From Bacillota bacterium (lineage in GTDB: Bacteria; Bacillota; Proteinivoracia; UBA4975; VEMY01), in contig VEMY01000009.1 in assembly GCA_009711825.1 (NCBI GenBank), positions 14,283 to 78,282 on the forward strand: DNA of 64,000 nt, read 5' to 3'. This document shows positions 10,707-19,580 of this stretch, piece after piece (position 1 is the stretch's first letter; each line of letters starts with the position of its first letter). A program made the position numbers and the translations under genes. Below the pieces are notes generated by a model, which was given only the letters and a program-made list of their open reading frames with translations, ran no database searches and had not been told where the DNA came from.

Positions 10707-10736
10707 AAATTACCACTGCTCCGGCAGTGGTAATTT
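10707..10736 (+). promoter_or_regulatory. Intra-operon stem-loop between permease and carbamate kinase (attenuator/processing site or weak terminator)
   Basis: Perfect 13-bp stem AAATTACCACTGC-tccg-GCAGTGGTAATTT, 17 nt upstream of the arcC start. No long U-tract. Confidence 0.4.
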
Positions 10737-10753
10737 ATGAGAGGAGACAAACT

Positions 10754-11686
10754 ATGGCAAAAATTGTTATAGCTCTGGGCGGGAATGCAATTCTGCGTCC
10801 TGGCCAAAAAGGTACTTTTGATGAACAAATGGCGAATGTGCGGCTCACTGCCGAAAAAATTGTTCAACTGGTGCGAGCCGGTGATCAGGTGATAGTTACC
10901 CATGGTAATGGCCCTCAAGTGGGGAACTTGCTTATTCAGCATGAGGCGGGACGGAATCAGGTGCCGGCGCTGCCCCTGGATGTATGCGGCGCCCAGACCC
11001 AAGGCCAGATTGGCTATATGATTCAACACGCGCTGACAGAAGAGCTAAATAAGCTAAGTATAGACAAGCCAGTGGCAGCGATAATTACCCGGGTGCGGGT
11101 GGACGAAAATGACCCGGCCTTTGCCAATCCCACCAAGCCGGTGGGGCCATTCTTCAGCGTCGAGCATGCCAAGCAGCGGAGAGAAGCAGGTGAGCACTGG
11201 GTAGAAGACAGTGGCCGCGGCTGGCGGCGGGTAGTCCCTTCACCACGACCGGTGGAGATCATGGAACTTACGACCATTGAGGCCCTGGCTGCCCAAGAGG
11301 GAATTGTAATTGCTGCCGGCGGCGGTGGAATTCCCGTAGTTCAGCGGGACGGCGGCCTGGTTGGGGCAGAAGCCGTAATCGATAAAGATCTTGCCGGCTG
11401 TCGCCTGGCCATGGATGTCCAGGCCGATATGCTGATGATACTCACGGACGTAGAAAAAGTAGCGATTGACTTTGGTAAACCTAGTCAGGTGGATTTGGCG
11501 CAAATTGATCTTAGCGAGGCCCAGACCTATCTGGATCAAGGCCAGTTTGGCGCCGGCAGTATGGGGCCGAAAGTACAAGCGGCGATGGAATTTGTCAAAA
11601 CCACAGGTGGCCGGGCAATCATAACATCACTGGTGAAAGCGGTCGAAGCTGTTGAGGGCACCGCTGGGACAAGCATTGTCAAATAA
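10754..11686 (+). CDS. arcC: Carbamate kinase
   Basis: MAKIVIALGGNAIL..THGNGPQVG..AAGGGGIPV are canonical carbamate kinase motifs. ATG at 10754 is preferred over 10727 because GAGGAG lies 7 nt upstream. Confidence 0.9.
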   Translation: MAKIVIALGGNAILRPGQKGTFDEQMANVRLTAEKIVQLVRAGDQVIVTHGNGPQVGNLLIQHEAGRNQVPALPLDVCGAQTQGQIGYMIQHALTEELNKLSIDKPVAAIITRVRVDENDPAFANPTKPVGPFFSVEHAKQRREAGEHWVEDSGRGWRRVVPSPRPVEIMELTTIEALAAQEGIVIAAGGGGIPVVQRDGGLVGAEAVIDKDLAGCRLAMDVQADMLMILTDVEKVAIDFGKPSQVDLAQIDLSEAQTYLDQGQFGAGSMGPKVQAAMEFVKTTGGRAIITSLVKAVEAVEGTAGTSIVK

Positions 11687-11714
11687 CATGGTTCACAGTT
11701 ATAAAACACCACTA

Positions 11715-11760
11715 ACACCCTGAACTTATTGCCCCGCAGGGTGTACAAAAAACACCCTTT
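11715..11760 (+). terminator. Putative operon terminator region (alternative hairpins)
   Basis: ACACCCTG...CAGGGTGT...ACACCCT: the middle arm can pair with either flank. Only a short T run follows. Confidence 0.4.
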
Positions 11761-12056
11761 GCTGGTAAAATGGAGGTATCAAACCCCAACAACCAGCAAG
11801 GGGTATTTTTGGATTACCATATAATCTGCTTGCAGAAAATATCGTTTAGCCCTTAATATTTTCATCTTGCTTGAAAGAAGCCCTATCGCAACTATCCTGA
11901 TCCACTCTTTCCTCGCTTCAGTTCTCATATAGTTTTTATAGAGGACATCGAACACTTTGGGAGAAGCTATATAAAGGCACAATTGCGGAAAAGTGCCATT
12001 CTGGCAGCGGATGAGTTAAAAGAACAACTTATAATATAAACAAAGGAGTGTTATGT

Positions 12057-13235
12057 TTGCTTAACTTTGACTATCAGAACCGGACGCGAATCATATTCGG
12101 CAAGGAGACTCACAAAGACATCGGTACGGTGCTAAAACCCTATTCCAACAGGGTATTGCTTCATTACGGCGGCGGTAGCATTAAGCGCACCGGTGTCTAC
12201 GACGACGTGACGACATCCTTGAAGAACAGTGGCATCGAGTATGTCGAACTGGGCGGCGTTCGACCCAATCCCCGTCTCGAGTTGGTACATGAAGGGATTG
12301 AACTGTGTCGCCAAGAGGGCATTGATTTTATCCTCGCTGTTGGTGGCGGTAGCGTCATTGACTCGGCCAAGGCAATCGCCTTGGGGGTTAACTATTCCGG
12401 CGATGTCTGGGACTTTTTTATGCGGAAAGCCGAGCCGGGTGAGGTTCTGCCCTTGGCCACAATCCTTACCTTACCCGCCGCCGGTAGTGAATCCAGCACC
12501 AGTACAGTGATTACCAATTGGGATGAGAAGATCAAGCGGGGCTTTGGCAGTGAAAAGATCCGTCCCGTCTTCAGCATCATGAACCCGGAACTGTATTTTA
12601 CCCTGCCGGATGAACAGATCGCCTACGGGGTCTGTGACATGATGAGCCACATCTTCGAGCGTTACTTCACAAACACCCTTAACACTGACTTGACCGACGG
12701 CCTCTGTGAAACTACCCTCAGGACAATTATGAAAAATGCTCTGCTCCTCAAGCAGGATAATAAGAACTATGATGCCTGGGCAGAGGTTTCTTTTGCTGGT
12801 AACATTGCCCACAACGGGCTCCTTGGCTTGGGCCGGGAGATGGACTGGGCCAGCCATGCCATGGAGCATGAACTCAGCGCCATCTATGATGTGGCCCACG
12901 GGGCAGGTCTGGCAGTGGTGACCCCAGCCTGGATGAAGTATGTGTACAAGACCAATATGCCCATGTTTGTTCAATTTGCCGTCAATGTTATGGGTGTGGA
13001 AGGGAGCTTCCGGGATCCTGAGGCGATTGTCCTGGAGGGGATTGAGCGCTTGAAGGAATTCTTTGTCAAGATGGGGCTACCGGTAACCATGCAGGAGTTG
13101 GGCATCAAAGAAAGCGATTTTGAACTGATGGCGAAAAAGGCTACAGGCCTGGCCTACGGCAAAGAGACGGGTATTGGTGGCCTGAGGAAGCTTAAGTGGG
13201 AGGATGTTGTAGCCATATATCAGCTGGCTCGATAA
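12057..13235 (+). CDS. Iron-containing alcohol dehydrogenase (butanol dehydrogenase / YqhD-like)
   Basis: LNFDYQNRTRIIFGKE N-terminus, GGGSVIDSAK glycine motif and the HAMEHELSAIYDVAHGAGLA metal site. TTG at 12057 is chosen because AAGGAG lies 8 nt upstream. Confidence 0.85.
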   Translation: MLNFDYQNRTRIIFGKETHKDIGTVLKPYSNRVLLHYGGGSIKRTGVYDDVTTSLKNSGIEYVELGGVRPNPRLELVHEGIELCRQEGIDFILAVGGGSVIDSAKAIALGVNYSGDVWDFFMRKAEPGEVLPLATILTLPAAGSESSTSTVITNWDEKIKRGFGSEKIRPVFSIMNPELYFTLPDEQIAYGVCDMMSHIFERYFTNTLNTDLTDGLCETTLRTIMKNALLLKQDNKNYDAWAEVSFAGNIAHNGLLGLGREMDWASHAMEHELSAIYDVAHGAGLAVVTPAWMKYVYKTNMPMFVQFAVNVMGVEGSFRDPEAIVLEGIERLKEFFVKMGLPVTMQELGIKESDFELMAKKATGLAYGKETGIGGLRKLKWEDVVAIYQLAR

Positions 13236-13278
13236 TGAGCGGCATTGATTTGCTATCCCAATGAGTTGTCAAGAAGGT

Positions 13279-13329
13279 TAAACATAATAATAGCCGGAGC
13301 ACCTCAAGCTCCGGCTGTTATTATGTTTA
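13279..13329. terminator. Bidirectional rho-independent terminator
   Basis: About 22-bp inverted repeat TAAACATAATAATAGCCGGAGC-acctca-AGCTCCGGCTGTTATTATGTTTA between convergent genes. Confidence 0.75.
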
Positions 13330-13340
13330 GCGGCTTTCAA

Positions 13341-13778
13341 TTATGCTTGTTTTCCGTAATTCAGTGCAAATACAATTCCCTGTACCATGTAAGCGGCAAA
13401 CAGAAATCCAAATGTTATCCACCAGCCAACAGCTTCAAAAATATCCCCCGGGACCAGGAAGGTATAGCCCAGGAACACAAGGGTCAGAGCCCAACGCAGT
13501 CCCCGAAAGGTGACCGAGTCGGCCTCATTTCTGACGGACATTACCCGTTCATCATTCTCGGCGATAATCAACGGGTTCATCCCCTGAGGATTTCGCTTTA
13601 TCAGGATCAAATTGATAAGCAGGCCCAGGGCATAGCCAAAGGGAATCAGGGATAAACCAATTAACGCCCGTGAATTATCGACCAGATCAAGGAGTAAGCC
13701 GCCAGCAAGTAATGCCATGCCAACCAGCAGATTGGCAGCTAAATGGAGTCTCTTGGTCCGCACATATTTTTCTTTCAT
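13341..13778 (-). CDS. Small membrane protein partnered with an XRE regulator (DUF2178-like)
   Basis: About 145 aa with four hydrophobic helices. ATGA overlap with the upstream XRE gene. Confidence 0.6.
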   Translation of the reverse strand: MKEKYVRTKRLHLAANLLVGMALLAGGLLLDLVDNSRALIGLSLIPFGYALGLLINLILIKRNPQGMNPLIIAENDERVMSVRNEADSVTFRGLRWALTLVFLGYTFLVPGDIFEAVGWWITFGFLFAAYMVQGIVFALNYGKQA

Positions 13779-13978
13779 TCTTCTTCCTCCCAAAATAAAT
13801 CGTTTAGGGTTTTGCCCAGAGCTTTACAAATTGCAATACATAAGTTTAACGTCGGGTTATAATTGCCAGATTCGATCATGCCAATGGTCTGCCTGGTTAC
13901 GCCGACTATTTCCGCCAGTTGCTCCTGGGAGAGGTCATTTTCGACTCTGGCAATCTTCATGCGTTTGTTTTTCGCCAA
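13775..13978 (-). CDS. XRE-family HTH transcriptional regulator (YozG-like)
   Basis: 67 aa. LSQEQLAEIVGVTRQTIGMIESGNYNPTLNLCIAICKAL is a Cro/CI-type HTH. RBS AAGGAGG lies 7 nt before the TTG start. Confidence 0.85.
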   Translation of the reverse strand: MAKNKRMKIARVENDLSQEQLAEIVGVTRQTIGMIESGNYNPTLNLCIAICKALGKTLNDLFWEEEE

Positions 13979-14135
13979 AGAATCGCCTCCTTACGTGACA
14001 TATTGTAAAGCATATATTGTTAAGTGTCAAGTATATATTACATAAAGCAATATATTTTTGTTGGTAAGTGCCCATAAACTGCCAGTAGAATTAACCTGCC
14101 TCCTGCAGACAGTAAGAAAGACAGGAGGCAGAACA

Positions 14136-15248
14136 ATGTTCAAGAGATATCTGCTAATAATCATCTGCTTAATTGCGCTTTTGCCGGTTCCCGGTCATAC
14201 TGTAAGTCCGGCCCCACAATTAACTCTGAATCCTTACGCAGGGGTCAGCTGGCAAAACCAGCATCGGGCGAATTTTCATGCCCACACAGTGCTAAGCGAC
14301 GGCGTGCTGAGCCCACGGCAGGTGATTGACGCCTACCATCAGCGGGGTTATAAGATTCTTGCCCTCACCGACCACGATACCAAAGGCCCTCCAGATACAA
14401 CCTGGCCCTGGCATGTGCATGGCCGGGACCCGGAAACTCTGGGGATGTTGCCAATTGAGGGCAACGAGCTTTCCCACCACGACCACGTCCTCAGCCTGTT
14501 CAACTCCCATTCAAGTATGAAGGGCGACAGCCTTGAGACCAGTCTCAAGGCAATCGGGGAGCGGGATGGGCTGGCGATTCTCTGCCATCCCGGCCGCTAT
14601 AAGGAGCCCCGTCAGTGGGCATCATACATGCCTTACTTTTTACGCCATCCCCATTTAGTGGGGATAGAAGTTTATAATCAAGGCGACCGTTATCCCGGGG
14701 ACCGTGAGCTTTGGGATAGACTGCTTACTGTGTTGATGCCAGACCGACCGGTCTGGGGCTTTTCCAATGACGACCTGCATAGGGCCAGTCAGCTTGGCCG
14801 CAACTGGAACAATATTCTTGTCAGTGAGCTCAGCGAACGGTCGGTCCGAGACGCGCTGATTGGCGGTGAATTTTATATCACTCATCAACCGGGAAAGGAA
14901 CCAGCGCCGGAGATTACCAAGATTCTAACCGACGAAGCCGGCCTGACCATCCGGGCGAACAACTATACAGAAATTCGCTGGGTTTCCGAAGGCAAAATCA
15001 TTCACAGAGGCGAAACCTTGGACTATCAAAGACATCCTGGCGTCGGTGTTTACGTGCGGGCTGAAGTGGAAGGGAAGGGAGGCGTTGTCCTCACCAATCC
15101 CTTTGGTTTTCAAATCAGCGGTCGTCCACTGAGCGTTGATCAACCGGCTATGGCCAGTGAACAAGCAGGCACAGCTCCGGATTTATCACGGCTTTTGCTC
15201 ATAGTCGTCGTAAGTTTAGTTGTAATGCTCTTGATAATCAGGAGATGA
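14136..15248 (+). CDS. Exported PHP-domain phosphoesterase with C-terminal membrane anchor
   Basis: ATG at 14136 follows AGGAGG. Signal peptide MFKRYLLIIICLIALLPVPG. PHP motifs NFHAHTVLSDG and ALTDHD. Hydrophobic C-terminus LLLIVVVSLVVMLLII. Confidence 0.7.
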   Translation: MFKRYLLIIICLIALLPVPGHTVSPAPQLTLNPYAGVSWQNQHRANFHAHTVLSDGVLSPRQVIDAYHQRGYKILALTDHDTKGPPDTTWPWHVHGRDPETLGMLPIEGNELSHHDHVLSLFNSHSSMKGDSLETSLKAIGERDGLAILCHPGRYKEPRQWASYMPYFLRHPHLVGIEVYNQGDRYPGDRELWDRLLTVLMPDRPVWGFSNDDLHRASQLGRNWNNILVSELSERSVRDALIGGEFYITHQPGKEPAPEITKILTDEAGLTIRANNYTEIRWVSEGKIIHRGETLDYQRHPGVGVYVRAEVEGKGGVVLTNPFGFQISGRPLSVDQPAMASEQAGTAPDLSRLLLIVVVSLVVMLLIIRR

Positions 15249-15316
15249 AATTGCTAATATATTGTAAATGACCTTCTTGTTTAGTACAATTAAATTAATT
15301 GCGTAAACATAGTGGT

Positions 15317-15370
15317 ATAGACTGAGACTCGGTATCTTGCCGAATATAGATTCTCAGTCTATATTTTTTC
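15317..15370 (+). terminator. Rho-independent terminator
   Basis: ATAGACTGAGA...TCTCAGTCTAT stem followed by ATTTTTT. Confidence 0.7.
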
Positions 15371-15486
15371 GGGAACTGGCGTAACACCAGGATCTGTATG
15401 TCGGGGAATATAAGGGAGTTTATTTTTACGCATTATAAGTTCCCAGCTTATATTGTTGCATCTATACTATGGGAGGGTTGAGTGAT

Positions 15487-16398
15487 ATGGATATCAAGAG
15501 CATAATCGTCCAAAGCTATGAAATTGGCCCGATTGGTGAAACAGAAAATCCCCGACACGGCAGCGGTAATACCACACTGCTCGAGGCCGGGGGAAAGAAA
15601 TACGTGGCCAAGTGTAACGAGCGCCCGGACTTCATCCGTACCTACGCCCAGGCCCAGGTGTATCTGGAGCAGGAGGGCTTGCGACATCCCCGTCTCGTTA
15701 AAACCAGGGCAACCGCCTGGATGACGCCGGAGGGTGTGGCCCTGTATGAGTTTGTCGAAGGCGAGACAGTAGATATCTTTTCCAGCAGCCAACTGACAAC
15801 TGCCCTGAAATATTTGCGCCGTTATAATCAAACTTTAAAACAAGTTCCGCTAGCCCAAGATGACCTTGAATTTCGCAACCACTGGGACCAGGCGCGCTCA
15901 CTGCCCTTCTTAGTCTCGGAACTGCCAAGTTTCCTCGCTACAGCAGATATTCCCGATAAATTCAAGGCGGTTATCAATGTGGCGCTGGCCAGTTTTGCCC
16001 CTCTCCAGCAAGCGCTTAGCGCCAACAAGCAGTTGATTCATGCAGACCCCGGCCCTGGTAACTTTCTCCTCTCCGGTGACGAAATTGTTGCCATCATCGA
16101 TTTCACCCCGGACTATAATCATCAATTTTACTCCCTAGCCCAGTTTGTCTATTGGACCCACCTTTGGCCCGGTGCGGGAATTAACCGCGATGCTCTTGAT
16201 TATTATCTCATTCAGTACTTGGGGGAGAAAGTAACCGATTCCGATCGACTGTTGTTCTTTTACTTTCTAATATACGCTGCCCTGTTCCGGGTCACCGGCC
16301 CCTTGCTGGATTGTCTGCAGCGAGACGGTGATGTTACCCGTCTAAGCAAGCGGGTGGAGGTATTGGCCCAGCTTGTTGGGATGGTCAATAAAATCTAA
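15487..16398 (+). CDS. Phosphotransferase-family kinase (APH / choline-kinase-like fold)
   Basis: Brenner motif LIHADPGPGNFLL plus IIDFTPD. ATG at 15487 lies 9 nt after GGGAGGG. Confidence 0.7.
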   Translation: MDIKSIIVQSYEIGPIGETENPRHGSGNTTLLEAGGKKYVAKCNERPDFIRTYAQAQVYLEQEGLRHPRLVKTRATAWMTPEGVALYEFVEGETVDIFSSSQLTTALKYLRRYNQTLKQVPLAQDDLEFRNHWDQARSLPFLVSELPSFLATADIPDKFKAVINVALASFAPLQQALSANKQLIHADPGPGNFLLSGDEIVAIIDFTPDYNHQFYSLAQFVYWTHLWPGAGINRDALDYYLIQYLGEKVTDSDRLLFFYFLIYAALFRVTGPLLDCLQRDGDVTRLSKRVEVLAQLVGMVNKI

Positions 16399-16413
16399 AT
16401 ACTTATTAGCTTT

Positions 16414-16449
16414 AAAAAAACTCAGCCCGGGTTAATTGGGCTGAGTTTA
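16414..16449. terminator. Bidirectional terminator
   Basis: AAAAAAA-CTCAGCCC-gggttaatt-GGGCTGAG-TTT between convergent genes. Confidence 0.7.
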
Positions 16450-16450
16450 A

Positions 16451-17194
16451 TTAATTCTCCACTTGATAGACCTCGGTAGCTGCCTGTTCTGAGGTTATAA
16501 AGCCCATATCGACCATGCGATTGAGAACTACGCGCTGGCGGGTGATGGCCAGCTCCCAGCCCTTGGCCGGTGTATACGCGTTGGGCGCCTGGACCAGGCC
16601 GGCCAGCAGCGCCGCCTCGCCAATTGTCAGGTCGGCCACATCTTTATCAAAATACTTGCGAGCCGCTCTGACCACACCCCAATTGCCGGCGCCAAAGTTC
16701 ACCTGGTTGATATACATCTCGATAATTTCTTCTTTGTCATAACGTCGTTCTAATTGCAGCGCAATGCTTGCCTCGGCAATTTTGCGTTCTAAATTCTGAT
16801 CCAAGTTGAGGAACAGGTTTCGCGCCAATTGCTGGGTGATTGTGCTGCCGCCTTCCGCAATATCCCCCAGGCTCAAATTCGCCCGCAGGGCGCGGAAGAT
16901 GCCACGGTAATCAACACCTCTGTGGTCAAAGAAGCGCCGATCCTCCACTGCGACAAAGGCTTCAATCAGGTGAGGAGGCATATCCTCCAGCGGAATATAT
17001 TCAATCCGATATTGATCAAGATTGGCCACCAGTTTTCCATCCACATAATCGATAGAGTTGACATCGCTTTCCAAAAAAGGGCGCGGATTATCCCAGTCGA
17101 TTGACCAGATAAACATGCCATGGCTGAATATCCAACCAGCTAGGAGCACCAACAGCAGGCAGGCAGCTCCCCAGCGCAGTAAACGTTTTAACAT
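16451..17194 (-). CDS. Monofunctional peptidoglycan glycosyltransferase (GT51)
   Basis: N-terminal TM helix, then the GT51 motifs EDRRFFDHRGVD, GGSTITQQLARN and RKIAEA. ATG at 17194 follows AAGGGGTGA. Confidence 0.85.
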   Translation of the reverse strand: MLKRLLRWGAACLLLVLLAGWIFSHGMFIWSIDWDNPRPFLESDVNSIDYVDGKLVANLDQYRIEYIPLEDMPPHLIEAFVAVEDRRFFDHRGVDYRGIFRALRANLSLGDIAEGGSTITQQLARNLFLNLDQNLERKIAEASIALQLERRYDKEEIIEMYINQVNFGAGNWGVVRAARKYFDKDVADLTIGEAALLAGLVQAPNAYTPAKGWELAITRQRVVLNRMVDMGFITSEQAATEVYQVEN

Positions 17195-17236
17195 ATTTTC
17201 ACCCCTTCTGCATGCCTCAGCGGCCAAAGTACGGAG

Positions 17237-18229
17237 CTAAACAGCAGTCTGTGTTACCTTGATCAGCAGCCGACAGAGCAACCAGCCCAAGGCTGTACCT
17301 GCTATCAGGATTATTGCATAAACAATCGGGTAGGTCAGCAGCAGACTGCTGGCAATACCGCCGGCCAGCAGGCCAAAGCAGACTGCCACACCGACCTTGA
17401 GGAATGGATACATTTTCGGAAACACCAGCAATTCGCCATTGTTCTCCAGTTTGTTTCGCTTAAAAAGCCATAGTGAGAGCAGGAACAAGACAATGCTACC
17501 ACCTATTATTATATACCAATATGTCAATGCCGTGTCCGGACCAAGGTAGGTTGCCGGCGTGATTAACAGCGACCAGGCCATCAGGCGATTGAGGTTGGCG
17601 ATTAAACCGGGGTGGGATATTGCCCAAAGGTTGCCCAGTATAAGGCTGGCAAAACCGGTGGGGAAGATTCCAAATATCAGCGTAAAGGCGCTGGCTGCAA
17701 ACAGCGAACCAGAGATGGTCGCAAAGAATACGGTGAAACTGTAGGTTCCGACAGCAATCATGGTCTGCAACCCAAACATACGGAGCAGTGCGCCTGGCTC
17801 TATAACCGACTGCAACTGCACACTGGCGGTCCACATAGCCAGCATAATCAGCAGATTAACTAGGAACACGCCGACGATGGCTAAAGAATTAAAAACAAAC
17901 TTGTTTACAAATATTTGGGTGCGAGAAAAGGGCATCGACAGAAGCAGGCTGAATGTGTTTTCTTTGCGCTCTTTGGTCAGTGAGATAAGACCAAGCACTA
18001 AGCCAATGGTGACGAAAAACAATGGGGCGCCGCCACCTCCGTAAATCCGGATCAGCAGCGTTTGCATCCGGGTATAGAAACTGGCAGTGTCGGCGCTTTG
18101 GGCCAGTGCCAGGGCAATACTGCCGGGGTAGAAGCCCAAGAGGGCAGCTAGAAAGACGCCCAACGGCCCCCGGTAATTTATCCATTCTTTCCACAGCAAA
18201 GCTTTGCTGAATAGGTTGTCAATTCTCAT
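17237..18229 (-). CDS. ABC-2-type exporter permease
   Basis: About 330 aa, six or more TM helices. MRIDNLF start overlaps the ATPase stop by 11 nt. The longer ORF in the track is an out-of-context extension into the ATPase gene. Confidence 0.7.
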   Translation of the reverse strand: MRIDNLFSKALLWKEWINYRGPLGVFLAALLGFYPGSIALALAQSADTASFYTRMQTLLIRIYGGGGAPLFFVTIGLVLGLISLTKERKENTFSLLLSMPFSRTQIFVNKFVFNSLAIVGVFLVNLLIMLAMWTASVQLQSVIEPGALLRMFGLQTMIAVGTYSFTVFFATISGSLFAASAFTLIFGIFPTGFASLILGNLWAISHPGLIANLNRLMAWSLLITPATYLGPDTALTYWYIIIGGSIVLFLLSLWLFKRNKLENNGELLVFPKMYPFLKVGVAVCFGLLAGGIASSLLLTYPIVYAIILIAGTALGWLLCRLLIKVTQTAV

Positions 18230-19097
18230 CCTGGTAACCTCCCAGTTCAGACATAAATATTTCTTCAATACTGATATCCAGCTGTTCAAACAACAGCGGA
18301 CCTGAGTTCTTGATGATCTCCAGAAGTTCTGTGTCCTTGACCACCAGCGTATAGACCTTGCCCGTCTGTGTAGTCGACAACAGCCCGGGATGGTTGGCAA
18401 CCTGCTCCGGCAATTCGCCCCGGAAGGCGACTTGCAACTTGTGAACTGTTTGCTTGAGGGTGTCAACTTGCTCGCTGAGCACGACCCGACCTTTGTCGAG
18501 AATCGCAAACCCGTCGCAGATTCGCTCCAGCTCCAACAGGTTGTGGCTGGAAATGATGACCTTTGTGTTGGAGCTCGCCACTTGGTCGACGATCATGGTC
18601 AGTATCCGCTTACGCACAAAGGGGTCGAGGCCGGAAGTAGGCTCGTCAAGAATCATCAAATCCGGCTTAATCGCCAGGTTGAGCAAGAAGGCAATCTGGG
18701 TCTTCATGCCCTTGGACAGATGCTTAAACCGTTTATCCAGGGGAAGCTTGAAGGCGCGCTTCAGTTCTTCATAACGGTCTTCATCCCAGCTCTTATAGGT
18801 CAACCGGTAGAGTTTTGCCAGTTTTTCGCCGGTGAAGTCCGGATAGAAATGATGTACCTCTGGGATATAGGCGACCCGTTCCTTTAAAGACGGAGTGGCC
18901 AGCAGATCCCCATCGTCCAGCATTACTCGGCCGCTATCCGGCAGGACGATGCCCAGCAGTGAGCGAATCAACGTAGTCTTACCGGCGCCATTTGGACCCA
19001 CCAGCGCAAAAATAGCGCCGTCCGCTACTTCTAGATTAATATTATCTAGAACCAGGTGGTCATTAAAACTTTTACTCAAGTTCTCAACTTTTAACAT
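18219..19097 (-). CDS. ABC transporter ATP-binding protein
   Basis: Walker A GPNGAGKTT, signature LSKGMKTQ, Walker B LMILDEPTSGLD. ATG at 19097 lies 6 nt after GGGAGGA. Confidence 0.9.
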   Translation of the reverse strand: MLKVENLSKSFNDHLVLDNINLEVADGAIFALVGPNGAGKTTLIRSLLGIVLPDSGRVMLDDGDLLATPSLKERVAYIPEVHHFYPDFTGEKLAKLYRLTYKSWDEDRYEELKRAFKLPLDKRFKHLSKGMKTQIAFLLNLAIKPDLMILDEPTSGLDPFVRKRILTMIVDQVASSNTKVIISSHNLLELERICDGFAILDKGRVVLSEQVDTLKQTVHKLQVAFRGELPEQVANHPGLLSTTQTGKVYTLVVKDTELLEIIKNSGPLLFEQLDISIEEIFMSELGGYQDEN

Positions 19098-19488
19098 TTT
19101 CATTCCTCCCGGATGAGTGCAGCTCATTAATTAATCTTTCGACTAACTTCTTAACTTCCGCAGGGGACATTCCCAGGTGCAAGGCATCAATTATGCCCTT
19201 CCGGAAATGTTCCTGCAGTGTTTCCAGCTGCTCTGCATTTAATTTGTTTTCGCTTTGCTCTGCAATGTAGTTCCCCCGGCCGCGCACCGTAACAATCACC
19301 TTCTGGCGCTCTAACTCCTGATAGGCCTTTTGAATTGTGTTCGGGTTTATGGTGAGCGTTGTTGCCAGCTCCCGGACCGAAGGAAGTTTGTCTCCCGGGG
19401 CCAATACTCCCAGCAAGACCTGTTCTTTAATCTGGTCGATAACCTGTTGGTAGATAGGCGTATGACTGGAGACGTTTATCTGCAGCAT
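19084..19488 (-). CDS. GntR-family regulator, YtrA subfamily
   Basis: 134 aa. PIYQQVIDQIKEQVLLGVLAPGDKLPSVRELATTLTINPNTIQKAYQELE winged HTH, short C-terminal domain, and the typical pairing with an ABC-2 exporter. Confidence 0.85.
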   Translation of the reverse strand: MLQINVSSHTPIYQQVIDQIKEQVLLGVLAPGDKLPSVRELATTLTINPNTIQKAYQELERQKVIVTVRGRGNYIAEQSENKLNAEQLETLQEHFRKGIIDALHLGMSPAEVKKLVERLINELHSSGRNENVKS

Positions 19489-19503
19489 AGCGCACCTCCT
19501 TGC

Positions 19504-19542
19504 TGTACCATGTGTATTATACTATATAGTACACTTGGTACA
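19504..19542. promoter_or_regulatory. Imperfect 16-bp inverted repeat, candidate YtrA-type operator
   Basis: TGTACCATGTGTATTA-tactata-TAGTACACTTGGTACA (2 mismatches), immediately upstream of the ytrA-like operon. Confidence 0.5.
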
Positions 19543-19580
19543 CTGTCAAGCCTGAAAATAAAATTAATCCAAAAAATCTG

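Noticed and set aside
11779-11982. 67-aa minus-strand ORF in the AT-rich spacer after arcC; considered as a transposase or gene remnant.
   Set aside because: No RBS, no recognisable motif, and no terminal inverted repeats nearby. I treat it as non-coding spacer unless a search says otherwise.
18230-18508. N-terminal 93-aa extension of the ABC-2 permease ORF into the ATPase gene.
   Set aside because: The extension is Arg/Ser/Cys-rich nonsense overlapping the ATPase C-terminus in another frame. A coupled ATG at 18229 gives a normal permease N-terminus.
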